From: Microbacterium sp.
GTDB lineage: Bacteria > Actinomycetota > Actinomycetes > Actinomycetales > Microbacteriaceae
Reading direction: 5' to 3'
Assembly: GCA_052092505.1 (NCBI GenBank)
Contig: JBQDDT010000001.1
Location: 1 to 49,306, forward strand
DNA length: 49,306 nt
Positions 21,835-30,384 of this stretch are shown piece by piece. Each line of letters begins with the position of its first letter. Position 1 is the first letter of the stretch. The notes under the pieces are model-generated. The model was not told the origin of the DNA and did no database searches. It saw nothing but the letters and a program-made list of their open reading frames with translations. The translations under genes were made by a program, and so were the position numbers.

Positions 21835-22661
21835 CGCACGCGCCGCACCTCGTCGCGCTCGACGTCGACGGGACGATCCTGCTCGAGGACGAGACGTTCA
21901 GCCCTGGCGTCCTCGACGCCGTCGCGGCTGCGGAGCGCAACGGCCACATCGTCACGATCGCGACGGGCCGCAGCTGGGAGGCGACCGCCCACATCGTGGA
22001 GGCGCTCGGGATCCGGCCCGACTACGTCGTGTGCTCCAACGGCGCGGCGATCATGAGCCGGCGCAAGGACCGCGATGGCGAGTACGAACGGCACACGACC
22101 GTGACGTTCGACCCGTCCGAGGTCCTCGACCTGCTCGTGGCGCACCTGCCCGATGCGAACTACCTCGTCGAGCTCGCCGACGGGACGCGGCTGTACCGTC
22201 ACTTCGTCGACGACTGGGGGCTGCGCGACTCCGGCGCGCGCCAGGTCACGATCGAGCAGATGAAGCAGCAGAAGGTCTCGCGCGTGGTCGTCGTCTCGCC
22301 CGAGCACAGCGAGGACGACTTCCTCGGGATGGTGGAGCAGATGGGTCTGTCTCAGGTCTCCTACGCCGTCGGCTGGACGGCGTGGCTCGACATCGCGCCG
22401 GAGGGCGTCGACAAGAGCACGGCGCTCGAGACGGTCAGGGAGCTGCTCGGCACGGCCTCGGAGCATGTGGTCGTGATCGGCGACGGCCGCAATGACATCG
22501 GCATGTTCCAGTGGGCGTCGCGGATCGGCGGACGCGCGTTCGCGATGGGGCAGGCGCCGGAGGAGGTCACCAGCATGGCGACCGACATCACCGACGACGT
22601 CGAGGACGGCGGCGTGCCCGTCGCGCTGGAGACGCTCGGGCTGGTCTCGCGGATCGGCTGA
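21831..22661 (+). CDS. Cof-type HAD-IIB hydrolase
   Basis: ATGA overlap with serS; [28 protein letters not shown]. Confidence 0.9.
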   Translation: MTHAPHLVALDVDGTILLEDETFSPGVLDAVAAAERNGHIVTIATGRSWEATAHIVEALGIRPDYVVCSNGAAIMSRRKDRDGEYERHTTVTFDPSEVLDLLVAHLPDANYLVELADGTRLYRHFVDDWGLRDSGARQVTIEQMKQQKVSRVVVVSPEHSEDDFLGMVEQMGLSQVSYAVGWTAWLDIAPEGVDKSTALETVRELLGTASEHVVVIGDGRNDIGMFQWASRIGGRAFAMGQAPEEVTSMATDITDDVEDGGVPVALETLGLVSRIG

Positions 22662-22790
22662 CCGGCTTTCCGAGCCCCGCGCGCGGGGCCTCCTGCCCCT
22701 CGGGAACCGACTCTCCCTGGTCGCGAGCGTCCGGGCCTCGTGGGCGGGGCTTCGTGCCCTAGACTCGGGTGTCCGACGGCTTCGCCGTCT

Positions 22791-22878
22791 GGAGGGTTGT
22801 CCGAGCGGCCGAAGGATCTGGTCTTGAAAACCAGTGGGCAGCGATGTCCCGTGGGTTCGAATCCCACACCCTCCGCCA
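22791..22878 (+). tRNA. tRNA-Ser(TGA)
   Basis: Acceptor GGAGGGT/ACCCTCC, anticodon stem CTGGT/ACCAG with loop CT-TGA-AA, long variable arm, GTTCGAATC, encoded CCA; TAGACT -10 at 22760. Confidence 0.96.
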
Positions 22879-22897
22879 CACACCGCTCACCCGGGTT

Positions 22898-22939
22898 CGC
22901 GAGATGCATCGAAACTCGCGAGTTTCGATGCATCTCACG
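22898..22939. repeat. REP-like palindrome copy 2 (36-bp perfect core, 22901-22936)
   Basis: GAGATGCATCGAAACTCG|CGAGTTTCGATGCATCTC. Confidence 0.9.
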
Positions 22940-22996
22940 GGCCCAGCCGGAGTCGGGGCGGGCCGATCATCGGCCTCCGCCGCAGGGGCGCAGATC

Positions 22997-23161
22997 ATGA
23001 GCATCTGGTGTGCCGCGCTCGCGATCGCGCTGGCGATGTCCACCTGGTGGTCCGGCCGCTCGCGGCGGCCGAGAGTCGCCTGGCCGTGGATCCTGCCGAT
23101 GCCGCTGATCGTGCTGGTCGCGATCGCGGTCCAGCTGACGGGCACCGCGACCGGGTCCTGA
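22997..23161 (+). CDS. Possible 54-aa two-TM small protein
   Basis: MSIWCAALAIALAMSTWW...AWPWILPMPLIVLVAIAVQL; SD-like CAGGGG upstream; high GC at third codon positions. Confidence 0.4.
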   Translation: MSIWCAALAIALAMSTWWSGRSRRPRVAWPWILPMPLIVLVAIAVQLTGTATGS

Positions 23162-23244
23162 CAGGCGCGGCACGCACGCCGCGCTGCGGCGTTTCGCGGT
23201 GCTCGGGTGAGCCGTTAGTATGGAGGGCGTGCCTACGGGCACGA

Positions 23245-23336
23245 GGAGACGTGCCGGAGCGGCCGAACGGACTTCACTGCTAATGAAGGGTCGGGTTAAA
23301 CCTCGACCGGGGGTTCAAATCCCCCCGTCTCCGCCA
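23245..23336 (+). tRNA. tRNA-Ser(GCT)
   Basis: Acceptor GGAGACG/CGTCTCC, anticodon stem CTTCA/TGAAG with loop CT-GCT-AA, long variable arm, GTTCAAATC, encoded CCA. Confidence 0.95.
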
Positions 23337-23341
23337 CCGAT

Positions 23342-23381
23342 CTGAGCCGCGATGTCGCCGTCACGGCGCGTCGCGGCTCAG
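23342..23381 (+). terminator. Hairpin after tRNA-Ser(GCT)
   Basis: CTGAGCCGCGA...CGCCG TCA CGGCG...TCGCGGCTCAG stem. Confidence 0.65.
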
Positions 23382-23536
23382 GTCCTCTCCGGCCGAATCG
23401 ACGCCGACGTTCTCGCCGCACAGCGGCTCGCGGCTGCGCTGCGGCGGGGTCGGGACAACCCCCGAACCTCCCGATCAAGACGGGACACAGGGTGTTTTCG
23501 GCGTTATCGCAGGGATGTCGTCGATATGCTGAACCG

Positions 23537-25363
23537 GTGTCGAATCGAACCGGAGTGCATCGGGCGCAGCGTCCCGCTCAGCATGTGGCTCGATCGACCG
23601 CCCGCAGGCGCCGCTGGCCGCGCATCACGGCGTGGAGCATCTGCGGCGTCTTCGTCGTCGTCATCCTCTGCGGTGTCATCTTCGCGCTTCAGGCGAAGTC
23701 GGTCGCATCCGACCTCATGGCGGCCAAGGACGAGCTGTCGGCCGTCGTCGACGACGTGCAGGCGGGCGACTCCGAGAAGATCGCCGAACGCGCCGACGAC
23801 GTGCACGAGCTGACCGAGCGCGCCAACCGGACGGTGAGCAATCCGCTCTGGTCCATCGCGTCCGCGGTGCCCGTCGTCGGCAAGAACGTCGATGCCGTCC
23901 GCCTCGCCACGCAGGCGACCTACGCCCTCGTCGACGGGGCGCTGCAGCCGGGCCTGACGATCCTCGACAGCCTCAGCCTCGATAACGCGTCCGTCACGGA
24001 GGGGGGGATCGACCTCGCCCCGCTGCGCGACGCGGAGAAGTCGCTGCCGCAGATCACCGAGGCGTTCGAGGTCGCGAACGACAAGGTCGGCGACATCGAC
24101 CGCGAGCGGATCCTGCCCGTCGTGGACGACGCCGTCGGCTCGCTCATCGAGATCATCGAGGCCAGCACCCCGACCGTCCAGGTCGTCGAGAAGTACCTGC
24201 CGACGCTGCTGAGCGTCGCCGGTGCGGACGACCCGCGCCGCTACATGCTCGTCTTCCAGAACAACGCCGAGATCCGCTCGGGCGGCGGCCTCCCCGCGGC
24301 GACCGCGATCGTCGACGTCGACAACGGCAAGGCCGATCTGGCCGAGCAGACGAGCACCTACAGCTTCCGCCGCGACACGAAGGTGATCGACCCTCCCGAC
24401 GAGATGGAGCAGCTCTACGAGGAGGACACCTTCACCGGGTTCGGCAACTTCACGCGCACGCCGAACTTCCCGACGACGGCCGAGATGTTCGACTCGCTGT
24501 GGAACCTCACCACGGATGAGCACCTCGACGGGGTCATCACGATCGACCCGGTGGTGCTCGCGCACATGCTCGAGGTCACGGGGCCCGTCACGGCGAAGGA
24601 CGGCACGGAGCTCACCGCCGACAACGCGGTGCAGACCCTCCTCTACGACACGTACATCCGCCTCTCGGGTGACGCGCAGGACGCCTTCTTCGGCGACGTC
24701 GCGTCTCGTGTGTTCGACAAGATCTCCGACGGCGGATGGGACCCGGTCGAGATGCTCGATCAGCTCGTGCGATCGGTCGACGAGCAGCGCATGCACATGT
24801 GGTTCTCGCGTGAGGACGAGCAGGCGATGGTCGTCGACCTCGGGCTCGACGGCCAGCTGACGACGACGAACGACGAGGGCACCGAGGTCGGGATCTTCCT
24901 CAACGACTACTCGGCCAGCAAGCTCACCTACTTCCTGGAGTCGGACATCCAGGTCACCTGCGACGCCGATGCCGGCACGATGACGACCTCGATCACGGTC
25001 GCGAACAACGTTCCGATCGGGGAGCTGACGAACTACCAGCTCGGCATCCGCAATCGGCGCTACGGAATCCCGCGCGAGTCGTTCATCCTCGACGTGATGT
25101 TCTTCGCGCCTCCCGGCTCGCAGATCGTCGGATCCGACCCGATCCCCGATGACGAGTCGATCACGCGCACGGGCGTCGAGGACGAGCGCAACGTCCAGAG
25201 CAACCGCTACTTCATCGCGAGCGGCGACGAGAAGACGATGTCGTTCACGAGCACGATCCCCTCGGACGAGCAGGGCCCCCTCTCGGTGCGCTACTCGCCG
25301 ACCGTGACCGACACCCCGATCCAGGTCGGTCCCAGCTGCTCGTCGGTCTTCCCCGAGAAGTAG
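23537..25363 (+). CDS. DUF4012-like membrane-anchored extracytoplasmic protein
   Basis: Basic N-terminus plus one TM, helical region, PRRYMLVFQNNAEIRSGGG, TPNFPTTA, DGVITIDPV, SKLTYFL; TATGCT 6 nt before GTG 23537. Confidence 0.8.
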   Translation: MSNRTGVHRAQRPAQHVARSTARRRRWPRITAWSICGVFVVVILCGVIFALQAKSVASDLMAAKDELSAVVDDVQAGDSEKIAERADDVHELTERANRTVSNPLWSIASAVPVVGKNVDAVRLATQATYALVDGALQPGLTILDSLSLDNASVTEGGIDLAPLRDAEKSLPQITEAFEVANDKVGDIDRERILPVVDDAVGSLIEIIEASTPTVQVVEKYLPTLLSVAGADDPRRYMLVFQNNAEIRSGGGLPAATAIVDVDNGKADLAEQTSTYSFRRDTKVIDPPDEMEQLYEEDTFTGFGNFTRTPNFPTTAEMFDSLWNLTTDEHLDGVITIDPVVLAHMLEVTGPVTAKDGTELTADNAVQTLLYDTYIRLSGDAQDAFFGDVASRVFDKISDGGWDPVEMLDQLVRSVDEQRMHMWFSREDEQAMVVDLGLDGQLTTTNDEGTEVGIFLNDYSASKLTYFLESDIQVTCDADAGTMTTSITVANNVPIGELTNYQLGIRNRRYGIPRESFILDVMFFAPPGSQIVGSDPIPDDESITRTGVEDERNVQSNRYFIASGDEKTMSFTSTIPSDEQGPLSVRYSPTVTDTPIQVGPSCSSVFPEK

Positions 25364-25406
25364 CGGCCGAGGCGCGTCTGACGCGGCGGCGCGCTCGCCG
25401 GTCGCG

Positions 25407-26636
25407 TCAGTCCGATCTCCGGCCGGGGCCTCGGCGCGGCCGGAGCACCGCAAGGCGCGCGACGATCCTCCGTCGAAGCGATGCTGCCGCCGCCTTGCGC
25501 TCTCGCACGACGGCCAGCCGCCGTCGCGTGTGCTCCGCGCCCGGCTTGAGCTCGAGGACGCGGAGCATCGCCTGCTCCGCACCCGCGTAGTCGCCGTCCG
25601 AGAGCAGCCATTCGCCGAGACGCAGGTGGTACTCCGGCCGGTGGGGATCGATGTCGACCGCTCGTCTCATCGCCGCGGCCGCTGAGCCGAAGTCCTTCCT
25701 CGCCGCGTGGACATAGCTGAGTCGGACGTGCGGATCGGCGTCGCTCGGATCGATCGCGGTCGCGGCGGTGAGGGAGTGCTCGGCATCGTCGAGCTCTCCT
25801 CCTCGCAGAAGCTGGGCCCCCAGATTCGCGTGGAGCCGCGCGATGGATGGACTCTTCTCTGCGGCGATCCTCAGCTGCGCGATCGCGCCGTCGCCGTCGC
25901 CGTTCTTCGCGAGACGGCTGGCCTCGCGCTCATAGGGGTAGTGCGTCTCCAGGGTCGCCGCATCCACCTCGCGACGAAACGCGGACTCGTCGAACGTGTC
26001 GGCGGCGATCTCGGAGATGAGCCGCTTGATCCTGTACGTCCGATTCAGATAGAACCCGACGGGGTGGTTGCCGTAGTCGAGCGGGATGAGGGTCGCTGCG
26101 GTGTTCTCGGCGATCCGCTGCGCATGCGGGCGGTCCGGCGACGACGCGCAGTAGAAGACGTATCCCTGCGATTCCCGACCGACGCCCGTCTTGATCAGGT
26201 TGTAGTCGAAGCGCGTGTGGGACCAGTCATCGGCCCAGCGTCGTTCGTCGAGCTCGTTCTCCGGCCCGACGTCGAACAGCGGCGAGACCGCGATGAACTG
26301 ATCGGCATCCAGCATGTGCGCGAAGTTCACGGCCGCAAAGGCCCCCATGCTGCTGCCGTAGGTGAGGATCCGGGTGCCGTGGGCCGCGTCGACGATGAGC
26401 TCGGCGACGCGTTCGATCTCCGGGGTCTGATACCAGTGATTGCGATTGCGGCGGATGAGGTATTCGTTCATGCGGAGCGGAGAGAAGCGTCCGCGTCCGA
26501 AGCCGGGGCCGAACAGCGCCGTGGCATCGGTCGACAGGGAGTCGTCCCTCGACTCGAACGTCACGATCGAGACGGGGTGGCCGCCGTCATGCACATCCAG
26601 CGCGAGATCCGCGCCGCTGAAGATCGTCGTGTGCAT
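25407..26636 (-). CDS. Alpha/beta-hydrolase (GxSxG) fused to C-terminal TPR repeats
   Basis: IVTFES, NHWYQ, TYGSSMGAFAA nucleophile elbow, GNHPV; four TPR-like repeats (HANLG...A...P). ORF open from 26879, but TATCAT 7 nt before ATG 26636 favours this start. Confidence 0.7.
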   Translation of the reverse strand: MHTTIFSGADLALDVHDGGHPVSIVTFESRDDSLSTDATALFGPGFGRGRFSPLRMNEYLIRRNRNHWYQTPEIERVAELIVDAAHGTRILTYGSSMGAFAAVNFAHMLDADQFIAVSPLFDVGPENELDERRWADDWSHTRFDYNLIKTGVGRESQGYVFYCASSPDRPHAQRIAENTAATLIPLDYGNHPVGFYLNRTYRIKRLISEIAADTFDESAFRREVDAATLETHYPYEREASRLAKNGDGDGAIAQLRIAAEKSPSIARLHANLGAQLLRGGELDDAEHSLTAATAIDPSDADPHVRLSYVHAARKDFGSAAAAMRRAVDIDPHRPEYHLRLGEWLLSDGDYAGAEQAMLRVLELKPGAEHTRRRLAVVRERKAAAASLRRRIVARLAVLRPRRGPGRRSD

Positions 26637-26853
26637 GGCCCAGATGATACGCGCGAGTTCGAGGAGCGCGGTGGACGCAACGCTGGCCCCGTCTCGCGAG
26701 GCCAGGCGCTCGCCGTCGAACGTCATGATGGGCGGGTCATCTCCCGCGGCCGATATGACGGAACCGAATCGCCTGTGGCAGGATGGGATGATCTCGCCCA
26801 GCAGGACGGGGTTCGTGTACTGGGTCCAATGAGGGGAGAGGGGTTCTATTCGC

Positions 26854-29800
26854 ATGGCGAAGGTCGCCGCGCGCGTCAAGCGCGCATCGGTCGCCGTGCT
26901 TTCGCGAACCTACGTGCGCCAGGGGATCGTCCCGATCGCCGCGCGTCTCCTCGTGCGGGAGAGCATCCGCGACCGCTTCGAGAAGGCCGGATCCGCTCCG
27001 GCACCCGACGAACCCGGCCTCTCCCGACGCCAGTTCTATGAGCTGCACCCGCTGAATCCCCCGCGCCGATGGCTCTCCAACCGCGTGATCGCCCGTCGCG
27101 TCGTGCCGGGCCTCGCCGACCTCATGGAGGCCGCTCACTGCGTCGTCTCGCGCGCCGCCGAGCGTGCCGACGGGGTGTCGGTCGTTCCGCTCGAGTCGTT
27201 CCCCGCCGGAGTGACGGCCGACATCGACGGCCTCGTCGATCTGATCCGGCGGCGCGGCGTGGTCCGCGTCCTGCCGCTTCGCTGGGATCGGGGGGCGGGC
27301 TTCGCGCTCTCGGCGATCGATGACGGCTTCCTCCTCGACGGACGACCGGTCTCGCTCGACGAGCTGCGCGAGGCACTGGTCGAGGTCACCTCCCGAATCC
27401 GCTGCATCGTCCTCGACGAGACCGAGCGTCTCGAGGTCCTCCCCGGCGTCGACGCCGGCTCGACCCTCGTCCGCCTGTACGTGGCCCAGCGCGACGACCA
27501 GGCGAGGGTGCTCGACGCGGAGGTCCTCGGCGGGGACGTGCTCCGCGAGACGGGGGAGCGCGACGACGACCGCCTCATCCGCCCGCGGGCGTGGCTGAGC
27601 CGTTCGCCGTTCTACTCGCTCGACCTCGTGCGGGGGCGGTTCGCCTCGCGCAGGGGAGTCGACGAGACGACCGGCGCCCTGATCGGTGCCGACCCGCCGC
27701 GATCCCTTCCCGGCTACGTGGAGATGGTCGACGACATCGAGGCGGTGCTCAGCCACCGCCGGAGCCGGTTCGCGTTCATCTCCGTCGACGTCGTGCTCGC
27801 CGCCAGCGGCGGATACCGCCTCGTCGACATCGCGTCGCGTCCGGTCCGCCCGCACGGGAGGGACTTCAGCCCCGCGGCGGTCGCGCACCTCCAGGAGATG
27901 CGGCGCGACGGGGATCGCCGCAGGGCGCAGCGGGCGCGTGCGGCGTCGGCCAGGCATCGGGTCCGTCGGGGCCTCGTGCGCGCTCGGAGCCGGGTGGCCG
28001 CCTTCTCGCTCCGCTCGGCCGGCTTCATCGGCCCGTCGGCGAAGGAATGGAACCGTCTGCGGCTGCGGGATCGTCGCAGCGGACGTCACTCCGCCGGCGC
28101 GGTCCGCAGGGCGCACGCGCTCGGGTTCCGGCCTGGCACGATGGAGCGCTTCGCGATCGGCGCCGACGGTGCGCGCTCGTTCCTCTCGGAGCGGGACTAC
28201 CTCTACGCCCAGCCGCTCAACGGCAAGTACGCCAAGTGGATCCGCGACCGCGTCTCGGTGCTGATGGTGTTCCGGCCCTTCGATCGCCTGTTCGCTCCGA
28301 CGCACTTCCAGGTCTACCGCAGGGATCGCGGCCTGCACCTCGTCCCCCTCTCCGAGGAGGCGACGGCGCTCGGAGCGGATCTCGACGCGCTCGCGCAGCT
28401 CCTGCAGAGCCGCGGCGAGCTCGTGCTCACGCCGACCCGCTGGCGGGAGCGGGTCATCGCGCGCGTCTCGCACGACGGCCGTCGCTTCCGCGTGAACGGG
28501 ATGGCCTGCACGCCGGGCGAGCTCTTCGAGCTGCTGGCGAGCTATGCGCGCCGCGCGTCCCTCCTCTTCGTCGAGCGCCGCGGCGACGGCACGGTGGCGC
28601 CGACGGAACCGGGCGAGGACCGGCGGATCGTGCGCGTGACGATGATGAACGCGACGGGCGACGACCCGCGCGCCGCCGAGGTGCTCCTGCGGATCCCCGC
28701 GACGCTGCCGGCTCCCGGGGCCGGCGGAGGCGAGGAGCCGCGGGACACGACGCCGGACCCGGACGAGGCGCCGGCGACCGGCGAGGCCGTGGAATCGGGC
28801 TCCGCCGCGGCCGCCGCCGACGCCGAGGCCGAGGATGCGGCGGAGCGTCGCGCCGCGCTGTGGGCGCTGGCCGATCCGGAGACGGGCGACTACCGCGACG
28901 CGCGCCGGGCGATCGACGGCGAGCTGCGCACCTTCGAGCGCCACCCGAACACGGGGGAGCGGATCGCGGGGCGCATCGAGGGATGGCCGGACGCGCTTCG
29001 CACCCTGCAGGAGATGTGCCGGTTCGCCCCTCAGCTGCGGTTCCTGCAGTTCACCCTCGAACTGTCAGACGGCTCGGTGCTGATCCGACGGATCGCCGAG
29101 AAGCCGCTGCTGAGCGCCGAGTTCCCCGCCTCGCCCGAGATGGTCGCCTTCATCCAGGAGCAGGTCGACGAGAAGCGGCGTCGCGCGGCTCGCCCGCGGG
29201 CCAGGATCGCCCGCGGGCTCCACAACGCCAAGCTCAAGCTCCGTCGCGAGTTCGCCAAGGCGCTCTACCCGCAGGGGCTGCTGCCGTACCAGTCGGTCCG
29301 GTGGCTCGGCGACATCCGCCGCGACCTCCTCCAGCGCAACGGCGTCCCGATCCGCACCAAGCTGTGGGCTTACCGCAACGGCTTCCTGTCCTACCGCGTG
29401 CCGCAGTACGAGATCACGCCGGCGAACCGGACTCAGTTCATCTCCGACTTCGAGTACCGCTGGCTGCGCCACATCAACACGCGCTACAAGTACTGGCTCG
29501 AGGACAAGATCAGCATCAAGTACGTCGCCGCGGAGTACAACGAGTTCCTCCCCGGCTACTACTACATGACGAGCACGAACGGCGGCCGCAACCACCTGAT
29601 CCCGATGATGGACTGTCCACCGGGCTACGAGGCGCGCTTCGACGAGGTCCTCCGCCTGGCCAGGGAGAAGGGCATCCTGGCCCTCAAGCCCGACGAGGGC
29701 TCCCACGGCGACGGCTTCTACCGCCTCGCGCACGAGGACGGCGGATTCACTCTGAACGGCGTGCCCGCCACGGAGGACGAGGTCCTCGCGATCCTGCGCG

Positions 29801-30384
29801 ATCCGGAGAACCGCTATCTCGTCACCGAGTTCATCCGGATGCACCCGCGCCTGGCCGAGATCTACCCCACGTCGGTCAACACGATCCGGATGATCGTGTT
29901 CAAGCGGGATGCGGCCACCCCGGAGCTCGGCACCTGCTACCTGCGCATCGGCTCCGAGGCATCCGGCTACGTCGACAACACCGCGGCGGGCGGGCTGCTC
30001 GCGCGGATCGACGTCGCCTCCGGTCGGTTCGGCGATGCGAAGGTCCTGGAGAACGGGCGCGTCGTCGACAGCCCCTGCCACCCCGACACGGGGGTGCTGA
30101 TCGAGGGCGTCATCCCGAACTGGGAGCTCGTCAAGGCGCAGGTGCTGGAGATGGCCGCGAGCTTCTCGCAGCTGGAATACCTTGGATTCGATGTGGCCAT
30201 CACCGAGGATGGCTTCAAGATCCCCGAGATCAACCGCTTCCCGGACTTCCCGAGGATCGAGCGACTGACACCAGCGACGATCGACTACCTGCTCATGAAG
30301 CTCGGCGAGAAGAAGAGGCAGTACGGCTACCACCGCCGCCGCCCGCGGCGGCTCATCTCCCTGCCTCGGAGGGACGGGTCATGA
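26854..30384 (+). CDS. 1176-aa protein with three tandem sugar-transfer-associated ATP-grasp units (C-terminal one intact)
   Basis: C-terminal LKPDEGSHGDG, VTEFIRMHP, SVNTIRMIV, VDNTAAGG, HPDTG, YLGFDVAITEDGFKIPEINRFP; homologous decayed segments upstream. Confidence 0.78.
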   Translation: MAKVAARVKRASVAVLSRTYVRQGIVPIAARLLVRESIRDRFEKAGSAPAPDEPGLSRRQFYELHPLNPPRRWLSNRVIARRVVPGLADLMEAAHCVVSRAAERADGVSVVPLESFPAGVTADIDGLVDLIRRRGVVRVLPLRWDRGAGFALSAIDDGFLLDGRPVSLDELREALVEVTSRIRCIVLDETERLEVLPGVDAGSTLVRLYVAQRDDQARVLDAEVLGGDVLRETGERDDDRLIRPRAWLSRSPFYSLDLVRGRFASRRGVDETTGALIGADPPRSLPGYVEMVDDIEAVLSHRRSRFAFISVDVVLAASGGYRLVDIASRPVRPHGRDFSPAAVAHLQEMRRDGDRRRAQRARAASARHRVRRGLVRARSRVAAFSLRSAGFIGPSAKEWNRLRLRDRRSGRHSAGAVRRAHALGFRPGTMERFAIGADGARSFLSERDYLYAQPLNGKYAKWIRDRVSVLMVFRPFDRLFAPTHFQVYRRDRGLHLVPLSEEATALGADLDALAQLLQSRGELVLTPTRWRERVIARVSHDGRRFRVNGMACTPGELFELLASYARRASLLFVERRGDGTVAPTEPGEDRRIVRVTMMNATGDDPRAAEVLLRIPATLPAPGAGGGEEPRDTTPDPDEAPATGEAVESGSAAAAADAEAEDAAERRAALWALADPETGDYRDARRAIDGELRTFERHPNTGERIAGRIEGWPDALRTLQEMCRFAPQLRFLQFTLELSDGSVLIRRIAEKPLLSAEFPASPEMVAFIQEQVDEKRRRAARPRARIARGLHNAKLKLRREFAKALYPQGLLPYQSVRWLGDIRRDLLQRNGVPIRTKLWAYRNGFLSYRVPQYEITPANRTQFISDFEYRWLRHINTRYKYWLEDKISIKYVAAEYNEFLPGYYYMTSTNGGRNHLIPMMDCPPGYEARFDEVLRLAREKGILALKPDEGSHGDGFYRLAHEDGGFTLNGVPATEDEVLAILRDPENRYLVTEFIRMHPRLAEIYPTSVNTIRMIVFKRDAATPELGTCYLRIGSEASGYVDNTAAGGLLARIDVASGRFGDAKVLENGRVVDSPCHPDTGVLIEGVIPNWELVKAQVLEMAASFSQLEYLGFDVAITEDGFKIPEINRFPDFPRIERLTPATIDYLLMKLGEKKRQYGYHRRRPRRLISLPRRDGS

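Noticed and set aside
22791-22878. TGA triplet suggesting tRNA-Sec
   Set aside because: Anticodon TGA reads UCA (Ser); Sec needs TCA and a longer acceptor stem
12248-22939. Palindromes as CRISPR repeats or transposon ends
   Set aside because: Only two copies 10.6 kb apart, enclosing housekeeping genes; no spacers, cas genes or transposase
23272-23288. CTA in the anticodon arm suggesting an amber-suppressor or pyrrolysine tRNA
   Set aside because: The 7-nt loop is CT-GCT-AA, so the anticodon is GCT (Ser); acceptor and variable arms are Ser-type
26853-26856. Back-to-back start codons sharing CATG with zero intergenic space
   Set aside because: A leaderless start at 26636 for the minus gene is more plausible and leaves room for promoters
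27591-30380. 1306-aa ORF implying a giant TagF fusion
   Set aside because: The first ~930 aa are Arg/Gly/Pro-rich off-frame translation over the ATP-grasp gene; the real gene starts at the ATGA overlap at 30381
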